In this document: positions 17,625 to 26,906 of the stretch, piece by piece
Layout: every line of letters starts with the position of its first letter
Numbering within the stretch: position 1 is the stretch's first letter
Assembly (NCBI GenBank): GCA_963695225.1
Contig: OY968762.1
Span: 1,632,001-1,696,000 of the forward strand
Direction: 5' to 3'
DNA length: 64,000 nucleotides
Origin: Vulcanimicrobiota bacterium
GTDB lineage: Bacteria; Vulcanimicrobiota; Vulcanimicrobiia; Vulcanimicrobiales; Vulcanimicrobiaceae
Made by a program: the position numbers and the translations under genes
The notes under the pieces: generated by a model
Told to the model about the DNA's origin: nothing
What the model saw: only the letters and a program-made list of their open reading frames with translations
Database searches by the model: none

Positions 17625-19750
17625 TCGTGAAGGCCATACGCCCACGCGCGGCCCTCTCCGCCATCGCGCTCGCCCTGCTCGGCGCAGCGTACGCGCAGCG
17701 CCTCGCCTACCCGACGACGCCCGTCAGAAACGTCATCGACGTGTATCACGGTCACGCGGTCGTCGACCCGTACCGCTGGCTCGAGAACGGAAAAAACCCG
17801 GCCGTAAGAGCTTGGGCCGCCGCGCAAACAAAACTCGCGCTCGCGTTCCTGCACGCGCAACCTGCCTACCCGTTCTACGAGCGGCGCGTGCGCACACTCG
17901 CGACGACCTCGACGCGCCGCTTCGGACTGACGATCGCCGGGGGCCGCTACATCTACTTCCGCCAGACGCCGGCGCAAGCACAGCCCGAGTTGATCGCGCG
18001 CGACGGCCTGCACGGAACCGAGCGCGTCCTCGACACCGGTGCCCGCCGCGGAGGAGCTCCGCTCGCCATCGAGAGCGTGTTCGCCGCGCCGGACGGATCG
18101 AAGGTCGCGTTCACCACGCAGATCGGCGGCGCCGAGGCCGAGACGCTCCACGTCGTCGATGCGACTACCGGCGCGGCGCTCCCCGATACGCTCCCGCGCG
18201 TCGGCGGCGGGACGAGCCCGAGCGCACTCGTTTGGGACGCGGACGGCAAGGGTTTCGTGCACACGCTGTGGCCGCGCAAGCCCGACGGCTCGTACGCCGC
18301 ATCGGGGATATTGCTGTACCATCACACGCTCGGCACCCCGCCCGCCGCCGACACGTACGTCTTCGGCAAAGGGCTCCCGCCGGACGCGGAGTACGCGCTC
18401 GTCGAATCGCGCGACGGGATCGATCAGGCGGCGTTCGTCACAGCCGGAGACGGCGTGCACGCCTCCATCTATTTGCGGCACGCAGGCGGACCCTTCGCCC
18501 TCGCCGCAACGCCCGATGCGGCAAGCGGCGACAGCGCGGAAGCCGGCGGGCGTTTCGTCGGCAACTCGCTCTACGTCATCTCGAAGAAGCGCGATCCGCG
18601 CGGCGAGATCGTCGCGATCCCGCCCGGCGGGACGTTCGCTTCGGCGAAAACCGTGGTCCCGCCGAGCGCTCTCGTGATCGCCGATCTCCTGGAAATCCCC
18701 GGCGGTTTTCTCACGGCCGATATCGACGGCGGGAGTTCCGTCTCGCGCTCGTTCGCCGCAGACGGAACGCCGCGCGGGCGGTTGCCCCTCCCGGAACTCT
18801 CCTCGATCGCGGATTTCGCCGCCGACCCCGCGGGCGGCGAGATCGTCGTCGGCTCTACGAGTTACACGACGCCGCGAGTCTGGCTCGCGTACGACCCCGT
18901 CTCCAATACGCTGACTCCGACGGGCATCGAAACGAAGGTCCCGGGCGATTATTCGCGCGTCGTCGCGGAGCGCGTCTTCGTCCCGTCGCTCGACGGCAAG
19001 GTGAAGATCCCGCTCGACATCGTGCACTTGCGCGATTTCGAACGGAACGGCTCGGCCATGGCCAACCTGACGGCATACGGCGCGTACGGGACGATCTCGT
19101 CGCCGGGATTCATCGGTTACGATCTCGCCTGGCTCGAACGGGGCGGCATCTTCGCACAAGCGATGGTCCGCGGCGGCGGCGAGTACGGGGACGCTTGGCA
19201 CGAGGCGGCGCATCTCGCGACGAAAACGCTCTCCAGCGACGATCTCGCCGCGTGCGCGAGTTGGCTCGAGCGGAACGGCTACACTTCGCCGCGGCACCTC
19301 GGGATCAGCGGCGGGAGCGCCGGCGGGTACTTGATGGGGCTCGCACTTACGCGCGATCCGCAGCTCTATCGCGCCGTGCTCTCTTACGTCGGCTTCTACG
19401 ATCTGCTGCGCGCCCAGACGACGCCGAACGGCGCCTTCAACACCCCGGAGTTCGGCACGACGGAGGACCCGGCGCAGTTTGCCTGGATGGTGAAACAGTC
19501 GCCGTACGAACGCGTCGTCTCGAAACGCACCTACCCCGCGGTGCTCTTCGACACGGGGGAGAACGACCCGCGCGTCGATCCGTACGACTCGCGAAAGATG
19601 ATCGCACGCTTGCAAGCGAGTTCGCCTTCGCCGTACCCGCACTTGCTCGTGCAGCGCGCGGGCAGCGGGCACGGCATCGGCGATTCCTTCGATCAACGCG
19701 TCGAACGCGGCGTCGACGGCCTGACGTTCCTAGAGAGCCAATTGCGCTGA
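17621..19750 (+). CDS. Exported prolyl oligopeptidase (S9A)
   Basis: Motifs DPYRWLE, YGAYG, RGGGEYG, GGSAGG (Ser), NDPRVDP (Asp), GHG (His); GTGA overlap. Confidence 0.92.
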   Translation: MIVKAIRPRAALSAIALALLGAAYAQRLAYPTTPVRNVIDVYHGHAVVDPYRWLENGKNPAVRAWAAAQTKLALAFLHAQPAYPFYERRVRTLATTSTRRFGLTIAGGRYIYFRQTPAQAQPELIARDGLHGTERVLDTGARRGGAPLAIESVFAAPDGSKVAFTTQIGGAEAETLHVVDATTGAALPDTLPRVGGGTSPSALVWDADGKGFVHTLWPRKPDGSYAASGILLYHHTLGTPPAADTYVFGKGLPPDAEYALVESRDGIDQAAFVTAGDGVHASIYLRHAGGPFALAATPDAASGDSAEAGGRFVGNSLYVISKKRDPRGEIVAIPPGGTFASAKTVVPPSALVIADLLEIPGGFLTADIDGGSSVSRSFAADGTPRGRLPLPELSSIADFAADPAGGEIVVGSTSYTTPRVWLAYDPVSNTLTPTGIETKVPGDYSRVVAERVFVPSLDGKVKIPLDIVHLRDFERNGSAMANLTAYGAYGTISSPGFIGYDLAWLERGGIFAQAMVRGGGEYGDAWHEAAHLATKTLSSDDLAACASWLERNGYTSPRHLGISGGSAGGYLMGLALTRDPQLYRAVLSYVGFYDLLRAQTTPNGAFNTPEFGTTEDPAQFAWMVKQSPYERVVSKRTYPAVLFDTGENDPRVDPYDSRKMIARLQASSPSPYPHLLVQRAGSGHGIGDSFDQRVERGVDGLTFLESQLR

Positions 19751-19901
19751 CGCGAGCCGCTCGGGGCGAAACGCGCTCGTCGCCGGATCGTGCGTCGCGA
19801 ACTCGGGATGCCGGGGGAGGGGCGGCGTTCCGGTCGAGCAGGGTTCGCCCCCCTGCTCTTGCAACCGCCTCCGGAATGCTTGCCGCCGAGGGAGCGCCGA
19901 C

Positions 19902-21701
19902 GTGAAGCTCTCCACGACCGACTACGCCGTCATCCTCCTCTTTTTCGCCGTCAATCTCGGTATCGGGTTGTACTATGCGCGGCGGGGCGGGAAGAGCGTC
20001 AGCGAATTCTTCCTTTCGGGGCGCAACGTGCCGTGGTGGCTCGCCGGCGTTTCGATGGTCGCGACGACGTTTGCGGTCGATACGCCGCTCGCGGTGACGG
20101 GCTTCGTCAACCAGCACGGGATCGCGGGGAATTGGGTGTGGTGGAGCTCGGTGATGTCCGGGATCCTGACCGTATTCTTCTTCGCGAAACTGTGGCGGCG
20201 TTCGGGGGTGCTGACGGACGTCGAGTTCATCGAACTGCGCTATAGCGGTGCACCGGCGGCGGCGCTCCGCCTCGTCCGCGCGATGTTCCAAGGCGTGATC
20301 GTCAACACGATCATCATGGGCTGGGTGAACCTCGCGATGGCGAAGGTCCTCACGCTCACGCTCCATGTCCCCAAACTCGAAGCGCTGGCCGTGTGCCTGG
20401 TCTTTACGGCGGTCTACGTTACGATCGGCGGCTTGTGGGCCGTGCTCGTAACCGATCTCCTGCAGTTCGTCGTCAAGCTGTCGATGGCAATCGTCCTCGC
20501 GGTCAGTGTGGTGGCGGCGGTCGGCGGGATCGGCTCCCTTCAATCACAGCTCGCCGCCCTCGAAGCGGCCCATCAGACGGCGAGCCGCGGTTCCGTGCTC
20601 GCGTTCTTCCCGACGACGAACGAGGCGTGGCTTCCGCTCTTCACGTTCGTCACCTACATCGCGGTGCAATGGTGGGCGTCGTCGTATCCCGGCGCCGAAC
20701 CGGGCGGCGGAGGCTATATCGCGCAGCGCATCTTCAGCGCGCGCAGCGAGACCGATTCGCTCCTGGCGACGCTCTTCTTCAACGTCGCGCACTACGCGCT
20801 GCGCCCCTGGCCCTGGATCCTGGTCGCGCTCGGCGCGCTCGTGCTCTATCCGCACGGCGTCGCCGGCGTCGACGGCAAGATCGACCCCGAACTCGGTTAC
20901 GTGCAGGCGATGATCGACTACCTGCCGGCCTGGCTGCGCGGTTTGATGATGGCGGGCTTTCTCGCCGCCTATATGTCGACGATGGGGACGCACCTCAACC
21001 TCGGCGCATCCTATCTGACGAACGACATCTATCGCCGCTTCATGCGCCCGAGTGCAAGCGAGGCGCACTACGTCGGCGTCTCGCGCTGGGCGACGATGAT
21101 CGTGATGCTGCTGGCGATCGCCGGGGCCTACGCGATGACGAACGTCGGCGACGCGTGGAAATATCTCTTCGGGTTGACGGCGGGCGTCGGCCTCGTGATG
21201 ATCCTGCGCTGGTTCTGGTGGCGCGTGAACGCGTGGAGCGAGATCTCGGCGCTGGCGACGTCGGCGCTCGTTTCGAACGCGCTGCTGATCGCGCACGTCT
21301 TTCCGGAAAGCGATCCGAACGCCGTCGCCAAAGCGCTCCTCGTGACGGTCGCCGTCACGACGCTCGTCTGGCTCGCGGTCACGTTCGCGACGCCTCCCGA
21401 ACCGGCCGGGACGCTCGAGCGGTTCTACCGGCGCGTCCGCCCGAGCCCCGTGGGTTGGGGCCCCATAGCGCGGCGCATCCCCGTTGCGGCCGGCGATTCG
21501 CTCGGGACGAGCGCGATCGATTGGTTCGCCGGGTGCGGCCTCGTCTACGGGACGCTCTTCGGCATCGGAAAACTCGTGCTCGCGAGCTATACAGCCGCGT
21601 TCGCCTACGGCGCGGTCGCGCTCGTGTGCGCCGCCGTGATCGCGCGCAACCTCAGGCGCCCCGCGGTAGCCTCCGCCGCGGCCGGGGAAGGCGCGGCCTA
21701 A
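19902..21701 (+). CDS. Sodium:solute symporter family protein
   Basis: Motifs EFFLSGRNVPWW, SMVATTF, GGLWAVLVTD, QRIFSA, AAYMST. Confidence 0.92.
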   Translation: MKLSTTDYAVILLFFAVNLGIGLYYARRGGKSVSEFFLSGRNVPWWLAGVSMVATTFAVDTPLAVTGFVNQHGIAGNWVWWSSVMSGILTVFFFAKLWRRSGVLTDVEFIELRYSGAPAAALRLVRAMFQGVIVNTIIMGWVNLAMAKVLTLTLHVPKLEALAVCLVFTAVYVTIGGLWAVLVTDLLQFVVKLSMAIVLAVSVVAAVGGIGSLQSQLAALEAAHQTASRGSVLAFFPTTNEAWLPLFTFVTYIAVQWWASSYPGAEPGGGGYIAQRIFSARSETDSLLATLFFNVAHYALRPWPWILVALGALVLYPHGVAGVDGKIDPELGYVQAMIDYLPAWLRGLMMAGFLAAYMSTMGTHLNLGASYLTNDIYRRFMRPSASEAHYVGVSRWATMIVMLLAIAGAYAMTNVGDAWKYLFGLTAGVGLVMILRWFWWRVNAWSEISALATSALVSNALLIAHVFPESDPNAVAKALLVTVAVTTLVWLAVTFATPPEPAGTLERFYRRVRPSPVGWGPIARRIPVAAGDSLGTSAIDWFAGCGLVYGTLFGIGKLVLASYTAAFAYGAVALVCAAVIARNLRRPAVASAAAGEGAA

Positions 21702-21725
21702 CCGATTCGAGCGGCGTCACCGCCT

Positions 21726-24440
21726 TCAGGATGACACGGGGAGTAACGAGCGATCCTCGGCGATCAGGCGGCCCATCTCGTCGGCGGAGACCGCGCTCAC
21801 GATCAGGTCTCCTTGCACGGCGTCGCAGCCCAGTTCTCGCACGCTCCGGAGTTGCGCAGGCAAATCGACGCCTTCGGCCACGATCCGCACGCCCATCATG
21901 CGCGCCATCGTGACCAACCCCGCGACGACCGCCCGCCCCGCAAGCTCTTCCTCGCTCCCGAGCGGCGCCGAGAACGAGCGGTCGAGCTTGAGGACGTCGA
22001 GCGGAAAATCGCGCAGATACGTGAGGTTCGCGTGGCCGGATCCAAAATCGTCGACGACGATTCGCGGTCCGGCGGCCTTGAGAGCTCGCAGCGCGGCACC
22101 GGTCTCCGGCGACGAGTTCACGACCAGATGCTCCGCGATCTCGAGGTCGACGCAGTTCCGGTCGAAGCCGGCGCGCGAGATCGCATCGAGGACGCTTCCG
22201 GCGAACCCGCGCCGCTCCAATTGGCGAGCCGAGACGTTCACCGCCACGCGCAGAGGACGGTCGGCGCGCTGCCAGCGCGCGGCGTCCCGCAAGGCGGTCT
22301 CGAGCACGAAATCCCCAATCCGGACGATCTGGTTCGTCGCCTCCGCGATCGGGATGAAGACTTCGGGAGAGATACGCCCCAAACGCGGATGATTCCAGCG
22401 CACGAGCGCCTCGATGCCGACGATCCGGCCGTCACGCAGGTCGACTTCCGGCTGATAGTCGACGAACAGTGATTGCCGCTCGACCGCCGCGGCGAGGTCG
22501 CGCGCGAGCTCGGCGGTTTGGAACTCGTCGCACGAAAGCATATCGTTCGTGAAGAGCGCATGCGAGATGCCGCTCCGCTTCGCGACGTACATCGCGCGGT
22601 CGGCTTCGCGGATCAGACGTTCCGGGTCGCAGTTTTCCGCCGACGAGAAGCTGATGCCCGCGGAAGCTTCGACGACGATGCGATGCCGGTCGACGACCGT
22701 ACCGGCCCGGCACGCCGCGAGCGCGCGTTCGACGCGCAAGTTTGCCTCCGCCACCGAGTCGACCCCGTTGAGAATCAGCAGGAACTCGTCACCGCTCATC
22801 CGCGCGACGGTCCCTTGATGTCCCAGCGAAGCCTGCAACGCGTGCGCGACGGACTGCAGCACGCGATCCCCGGCGTGGTGGCCGAACGTATCGTTCAGCT
22901 TCTTGAACCCGTTCAGATCGCACAACGCTACGGCGGAGCGCTTCCCCGTCAATGCGTCCATCTCGAGCGCCTCGCGCAGCTTCGAGAACGCGACGGAGCG
23001 ATTCGCCAAACCCGTAAGCGGATCGAAATGGGCGAGCTGAACGAGGCGCGCGTGATCGTCGTAGCGGCCGACGATCACGGCGATCAGCGTCGTCGCGCTC
23101 TCGAGCTCCGCCAACTCGGTTTCGCTCGGCGTCCGGCGTTCCGGAACCAATATCGTGATGACGCCGATGCACCGGCCATCCGTGGAGATGGGGAAGCTCC
23201 ACGCCGAGCGGTAATCGTGCGCCTCGAGTTCCCGGCCGTGCGGTCCCCAGATCTTGTCGCCCACGAGATCGGTCGAGAAGCGCTGCACGTTGCTCATCAA
23301 CACGGCGCCCGCGGAGCAGTCGGGACGCTCCCGCAAGACGACGGGGCGCAGCAACGGCACCTCGAGGCAGGGAGGAAGATTCGTCGACCGGCTGACGCGC
23401 TCGAAATGGTCGTCGCGCACGATGTCGATCATCGCCGCGCTGCCGGGGAAAAGCGTTTCGATCGAACCGACGATCAGGCCCATCGCCTTCGAGAGCGGCT
23501 CGAACCGCGTGACGCACTCGAGGACTTTGATTCGCCTGCGGTTGCGCTCGTGCGCGCGATTGCGAGCGCTGACTTCGGCACCGGTCCCAAGGATCGCCTC
23601 GATTTTTCCCTCGGCATCGAAGACCGGCGACCAACGCAGCGAAAGATCGACGCGCCGGCCGTCTCGAGCGCGCAACGTGATTTCGGTGTGGACGGCCCCT
23701 CCCGCCAGCACGCGCATGATCGCGTCGAACACGTCGCCCGTGACGCCGAGCGGCAGCTCCCAGAACTTTCGACCGACCGCCTCCCCCGCCGGCAAAGCGA
23801 GGATCGTCGCGGCCGCGGCGTTCCACGATCGCAGGGTCCCGTCCGGTGCGATCAGCCAACAGGTCAGGTGTTCCGCTCGGTCGAGCGAGTTCGCGATTTG
23901 CCGGTCGCGACGCTGCGCGCGACGCATCTCGATATCGATCAGGTGCAATTGCACGAGCGCCGCTAGTTCCGCCAAGATGCGGTGCTCGTTGGCCGGTGAC
24001 ACGCCGGCGGCCGTATCGGCGACCCATAACGCTCCGACGATGTAGCCGTCGGCGGTCGAGACCGGGACTCCCGACCAATAGCGGAATGCCGGATCGCGCG
24101 CCATGAGAACGAACGTCGCGAACCGCGGGTCCGCCTGAGCGTCGGCGAGGACGAGCGGCCGGCCGGCCGCGACGACGGCATCGCAGGGCGAGCCGGCGCG
24201 AGGGACCTCGAGCGGGAACGAGCCGACGTGTGCCTTGATCGCGAGCCGGTCTTCGTCCAGCAACGTCAGGCCGGCGAAGGGACGTCCGAGCGCCGCCGCC
24301 GCCGTTTCGACGATTCGGTCGAATTGGGGATCGGGGAGGCGTTCGAGCATGCCGTGGCGGCGCAGCCAACGGACGCGTTCGAGCTCCAGGGCGGTCTGTG
24401 TCCGCGCCGCCGCCTCCGTTCGTACCCTCGTCGGACCCAT
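21726..24440 (-). CDS. GAF-PAS-GAF-GGDEF-EAL diguanylate cyclase/phosphodiesterase
   Basis: Motifs FDPLTGLANR, NDTFGHHAGD, SGDEF, EALVRW, DDFGSG, LKLDRSF, AEGV; N-terminal GAF (FDRIV..AA). Confidence 0.9.
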   Translation of the reverse strand: MGPTRVRTEAAARTQTALELERVRWLRRHGMLERLPDPQFDRIVETAAAALGRPFAGLTLLDEDRLAIKAHVGSFPLEVPRAGSPCDAVVAAGRPLVLADAQADPRFATFVLMARDPAFRYWSGVPVSTADGYIVGALWVADTAAGVSPANEHRILAELAALVQLHLIDIEMRRAQRRDRQIANSLDRAEHLTCWLIAPDGTLRSWNAAAATILALPAGEAVGRKFWELPLGVTGDVFDAIMRVLAGGAVHTEITLRARDGRRVDLSLRWSPVFDAEGKIEAILGTGAEVSARNRAHERNRRRIKVLECVTRFEPLSKAMGLIVGSIETLFPGSAAMIDIVRDDHFERVSRSTNLPPCLEVPLLRPVVLRERPDCSAGAVLMSNVQRFSTDLVGDKIWGPHGRELEAHDYRSAWSFPISTDGRCIGVITILVPERRTPSETELAELESATTLIAVIVGRYDDHARLVQLAHFDPLTGLANRSVAFSKLREALEMDALTGKRSAVALCDLNGFKKLNDTFGHHAGDRVLQSVAHALQASLGHQGTVARMSGDEFLLILNGVDSVAEANLRVERALAACRAGTVVDRHRIVVEASAGISFSSAENCDPERLIREADRAMYVAKRSGISHALFTNDMLSCDEFQTAELARDLAAAVERQSLFVDYQPEVDLRDGRIVGIEALVRWNHPRLGRISPEVFIPIAEATNQIVRIGDFVLETALRDAARWQRADRPLRVAVNVSARQLERRGFAGSVLDAISRAGFDRNCVDLEIAEHLVVNSSPETGAALRALKAAGPRIVVDDFGSGHANLTYLRDFPLDVLKLDRSFSAPLGSEEELAGRAVVAGLVTMARMMGVRIVAEGVDLPAQLRSVRELGCDAVQGDLIVSAVSADEMGRLIAEDRSLLPVSS

Positions 24441-24617
24441 ATGCTCTGAGTTATCGGCAACCGCTCTCAAATGAGCAGCGAGGTTCGCGAACCGGGCCCG
24501 CCCCGCGGGCCGCGGCCGGCGCGAACGAGCTGCCGCCGGCCCGCGCCTCGCCCCGGCATCCATTCGCGGGCGTGCGAGCGTTACACAATTGAAGGCCACC
24601 AGGCGGAAGGGAGGGAG

Positions 24618-25223
24618 ATGACGCACGACGACGCGCTGCTCGAACGGATCGGCACCCTCGCGCTCGGCGCGCTCCCGGCGGCGGAGGCGTCGCAATTGCG
24701 CGGGCACATCGCGGGCTGCGCTCTGTGCCGGGCAGAGTACACGGCATGCCGTGCGACGGCGGATCTCGTCGCCTGTGCCGCCGAAGTCCCGCAACTCGAC
24801 GAATTGGCGGAGCGCCGCATGAAATCGCGCGTGATGCGCGCGGTCCGCGCGGCGGCGCTCTCCACGTCCGAGCATGCACGCCCGCTCGCGTGCAAAACGC
24901 GGCTCGGCGATCTCTACGCTTGCGATAGCGACCGCTTCCCGGTCGACGGCGGCGAAGTGATTCGACGCGGGGAAAAGCTCTATCTCGCGATGTATCGCAC
25001 GCCCAAGCTCTCCGCGGGGCGCGTCTGGCAAATTTGGACGTTGAAAACCGGCGCGGCGGCCGTCGCGCCGAGCGTCACGTTCACGACGGCCGAGAATGGC
25101 GGCGCGCTCGTCCTGCTCCCGATTCCGGCGACCGGCATCACCACGGTCGCCCTCAGCGAAGAACCCGCCGGCGGTAGCGCCGCGCCCACCTCGAAACCCG
25201 CCTTCGTCAGAAAGCTGTCGTGA
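24618..25223 (+). CDS. RskA-like anti-sigma factor with zinc finger, lacking a TM helix
   Basis: GGGAG RBS; ALGAL...HIAGCALC (HxxxCxxC); C-terminal WQIW and ALSEEPAGGSAAPT. Confidence 0.8.
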   Translation: MTHDDALLERIGTLALGALPAAEASQLRGHIAGCALCRAEYTACRATADLVACAAEVPQLDELAERRMKSRVMRAVRAAALSTSEHARPLACKTRLGDLYACDSDRFPVDGGEVIRRGEKLYLAMYRTPKLSAGRVWQIWTLKTGAAAVAPSVTFTTAENGGALVLLPIPATGITTVALSEEPAGGSAAPTSKPAFVRKLS

Positions 25224-25888
25224 AAGAGATTCTTCCCGAGATCTATCGCTGGGAGCGGCGCGTCGGCCCGGGCATTCCGGCCGCCTCGCTCTACATCCGC
25301 ACGGCGGCGGGGCCCGTCGTCGTCGATCCGTTGATTCCGAAGGAAGGCTTCGATGCGATCGCCGCGCTCGGAGACCCCGTCGCGACGGTCCTCACGACGC
25401 ATTGGCACGAGCGCGATGCGCTTGCTTTCGAAGCGCGCTTCGGCGTCCGCCGGTACGTGAACGCCCTGCCGGACGCGCGCGAATCCCGGCACGGCACCCG
25501 TTTCTACGCCGGCGACGCCCTCTTGGGCACCTTTCGCACGATCGATCTCGGTGGGATCGGTCCCGGCGAAACGGGGCTCTTCCTCGAACGCGACGGCGGG
25601 ATATTGATCGTCGGCGACGCGTTCTTCAACTTCGAAGGTCCCGACATCACGAATCCGCTCTCGTTGGTGGTCCCGCTTCTATTGCCCTACGGGCCGCCGC
25701 AGCCGCGCCCGGCTTGGCTCTCGGAGGATATGCGCCTCAGCCGCCTGCAACTCGACAAGGTCGGCGTGCGGACGTTCGAGCACCTGCTCCCATCCCACGG
25801 CGAACCGATGATAGGGAACGCTTCGGCGCGCGTCTCGGCCGCGCTCGCAAAGCAAAACCGCGTGCAGCGAGCCGTATTGGCGCGCTAA
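25220..25888 (+). CDS. Metallo-beta-lactamase-fold hydrolase
   Basis: Motifs VVVDP, THWHERD, IVGDA, LPSHG. Confidence 0.8.
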   Translation: MKEILPEIYRWERRVGPGIPAASLYIRTAAGPVVVDPLIPKEGFDAIAALGDPVATVLTTHWHERDALAFEARFGVRRYVNALPDARESRHGTRFYAGDALLGTFRTIDLGGIGPGETGLFLERDGGILIVGDAFFNFEGPDITNPLSLVVPLLLPYGPPQPRPAWLSEDMRLSRLQLDKVGVRTFEHLLPSHGEPMIGNASARVSAALAKQNRVQRAVLAR

Positions 25889-26409
25889 GGGTTCTGAGCC
25901 GGCGGCTTGACGTCGATGTCGACGTACGGCGTGGTCGGCTTCTGGTCGGATCCCAGGTTGAACGGGGCCGGTTTCCCGGCCGGGCCCAGCGCGCGGATGA
26001 AGAAATAGATCGCACGCCGGTCGGTCTCGCCGAGGGCCCGCAGTTCGTGCCAGGGCATCGGCGGGTGGTCGGCCCGCGTCTTGATCATCGCGAGCCAGTC
26101 GTCGACCGTGAGTTGCGCGACGAGCAGGCGAATATTCGGTGGATAGCTCGTCCCCCAGGCCGCACGGTAGCCCGTCGTGCTGCCCGTCAACCACTGCGCC
26201 TCAGGCAGCTTCCCGTCCGATTCCCGCCAGCCGGGCGTGTGGCAATCGTTGCACGCGCCGAATCGGACGAGATATCTGCCGGCCTCGAAGGGGCTCGCCG
26301 CGGCGACATGCGCCGTCGAGGCGCTCTCCGTTTGCCGGGCCGAGGCTACGAAGGAGACCGCGAGCAACAGGGCCGCGGTCGCGGCGAGAGCCATGCCGAG
26401 GGGGCGCAT
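25885..26409 (-). CDS. Monoheme cytochrome c
   Basis: Signal peptide, GRYLV..GACNDCHTPG, PPMPW. Confidence 0.88.
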   Translation of the reverse strand: MRPLGMALAATAALLLAVSFVASARQTESASTAHVAAASPFEAGRYLVRFGACNDCHTPGWRESDGKLPEAQWLTGSTTGYRAAWGTSYPPNIRLLVAQLTVDDWLAMIKTRADHPPMPWHELRALGETDRRAIYFFIRALGPAGKPAPFNLGSDQKPTTPYVDIDVKPPAQNP

Positions 26410-26528
26410 CTGCGAGGATCTCCGTTCGGGCGCTGGGCGCGGATGTAGTCGGGACCGTGCCCGCATCTTCTCCGCCGCTCGCTCGCACCCCGGCGTCGAA
26501 TCGCGGCCCGGATTTCGCGGAAGCTCGC

Positions 26529-26768
26529 CTAGCGCTCGCTATACTGGAGATTCCGGCGCGGCGAACGCCGCGGCGGCGTCGCGCTCTGTTCGCTCAACGC
26601 CAGCGAACTCTCGGAGAAAAATCCGTGATTCGCTTCGTGCTGCGGGCACCACTCGACGCGGAACTCGCTCCCGGGCCCGCTCACGTTCCGACAACCGCAG
26701 CTGAAGGACCGGAACTGGACCGCCGGCATGACATCCGTGCTGCTTCCGAAATCGGTCCGGCTGGCCAT
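26529..26768 (-). CDS. Small hypothetical protein (CxC...CxxH)
   Basis: Purine-rich RBS before ATG26768; 79 aa; fills an otherwise empty gap. Confidence 0.35.
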   Translation of the reverse strand: MASRTDFGSSTDVMPAVQFRSFSCGCRNVSGPGSEFRVEWCPQHEANHGFFSESSLALSEQSATPPRRSPRRNLQYSER

Positions 26769-26906
26769 AGCGGCCCCCCTTCTCGTCCTGCGCGCCCATC
26801 CGAAGTATAGACCTAACATCGCCGAAAAACCATAGGCGATTGAACGATTGTGAGCGCACATAAGTGCAGTCACGCCATCCTGCTTAGACCTTGCTTACCT
26901 ACAACG

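Noticed and set aside
19836..19858. Hairpin gagcaggg/ccctgctc upstream of the symporter as a riboswitch or terminator
   Set aside because: No aptamer consensus recognised and only two following T; insufficient support
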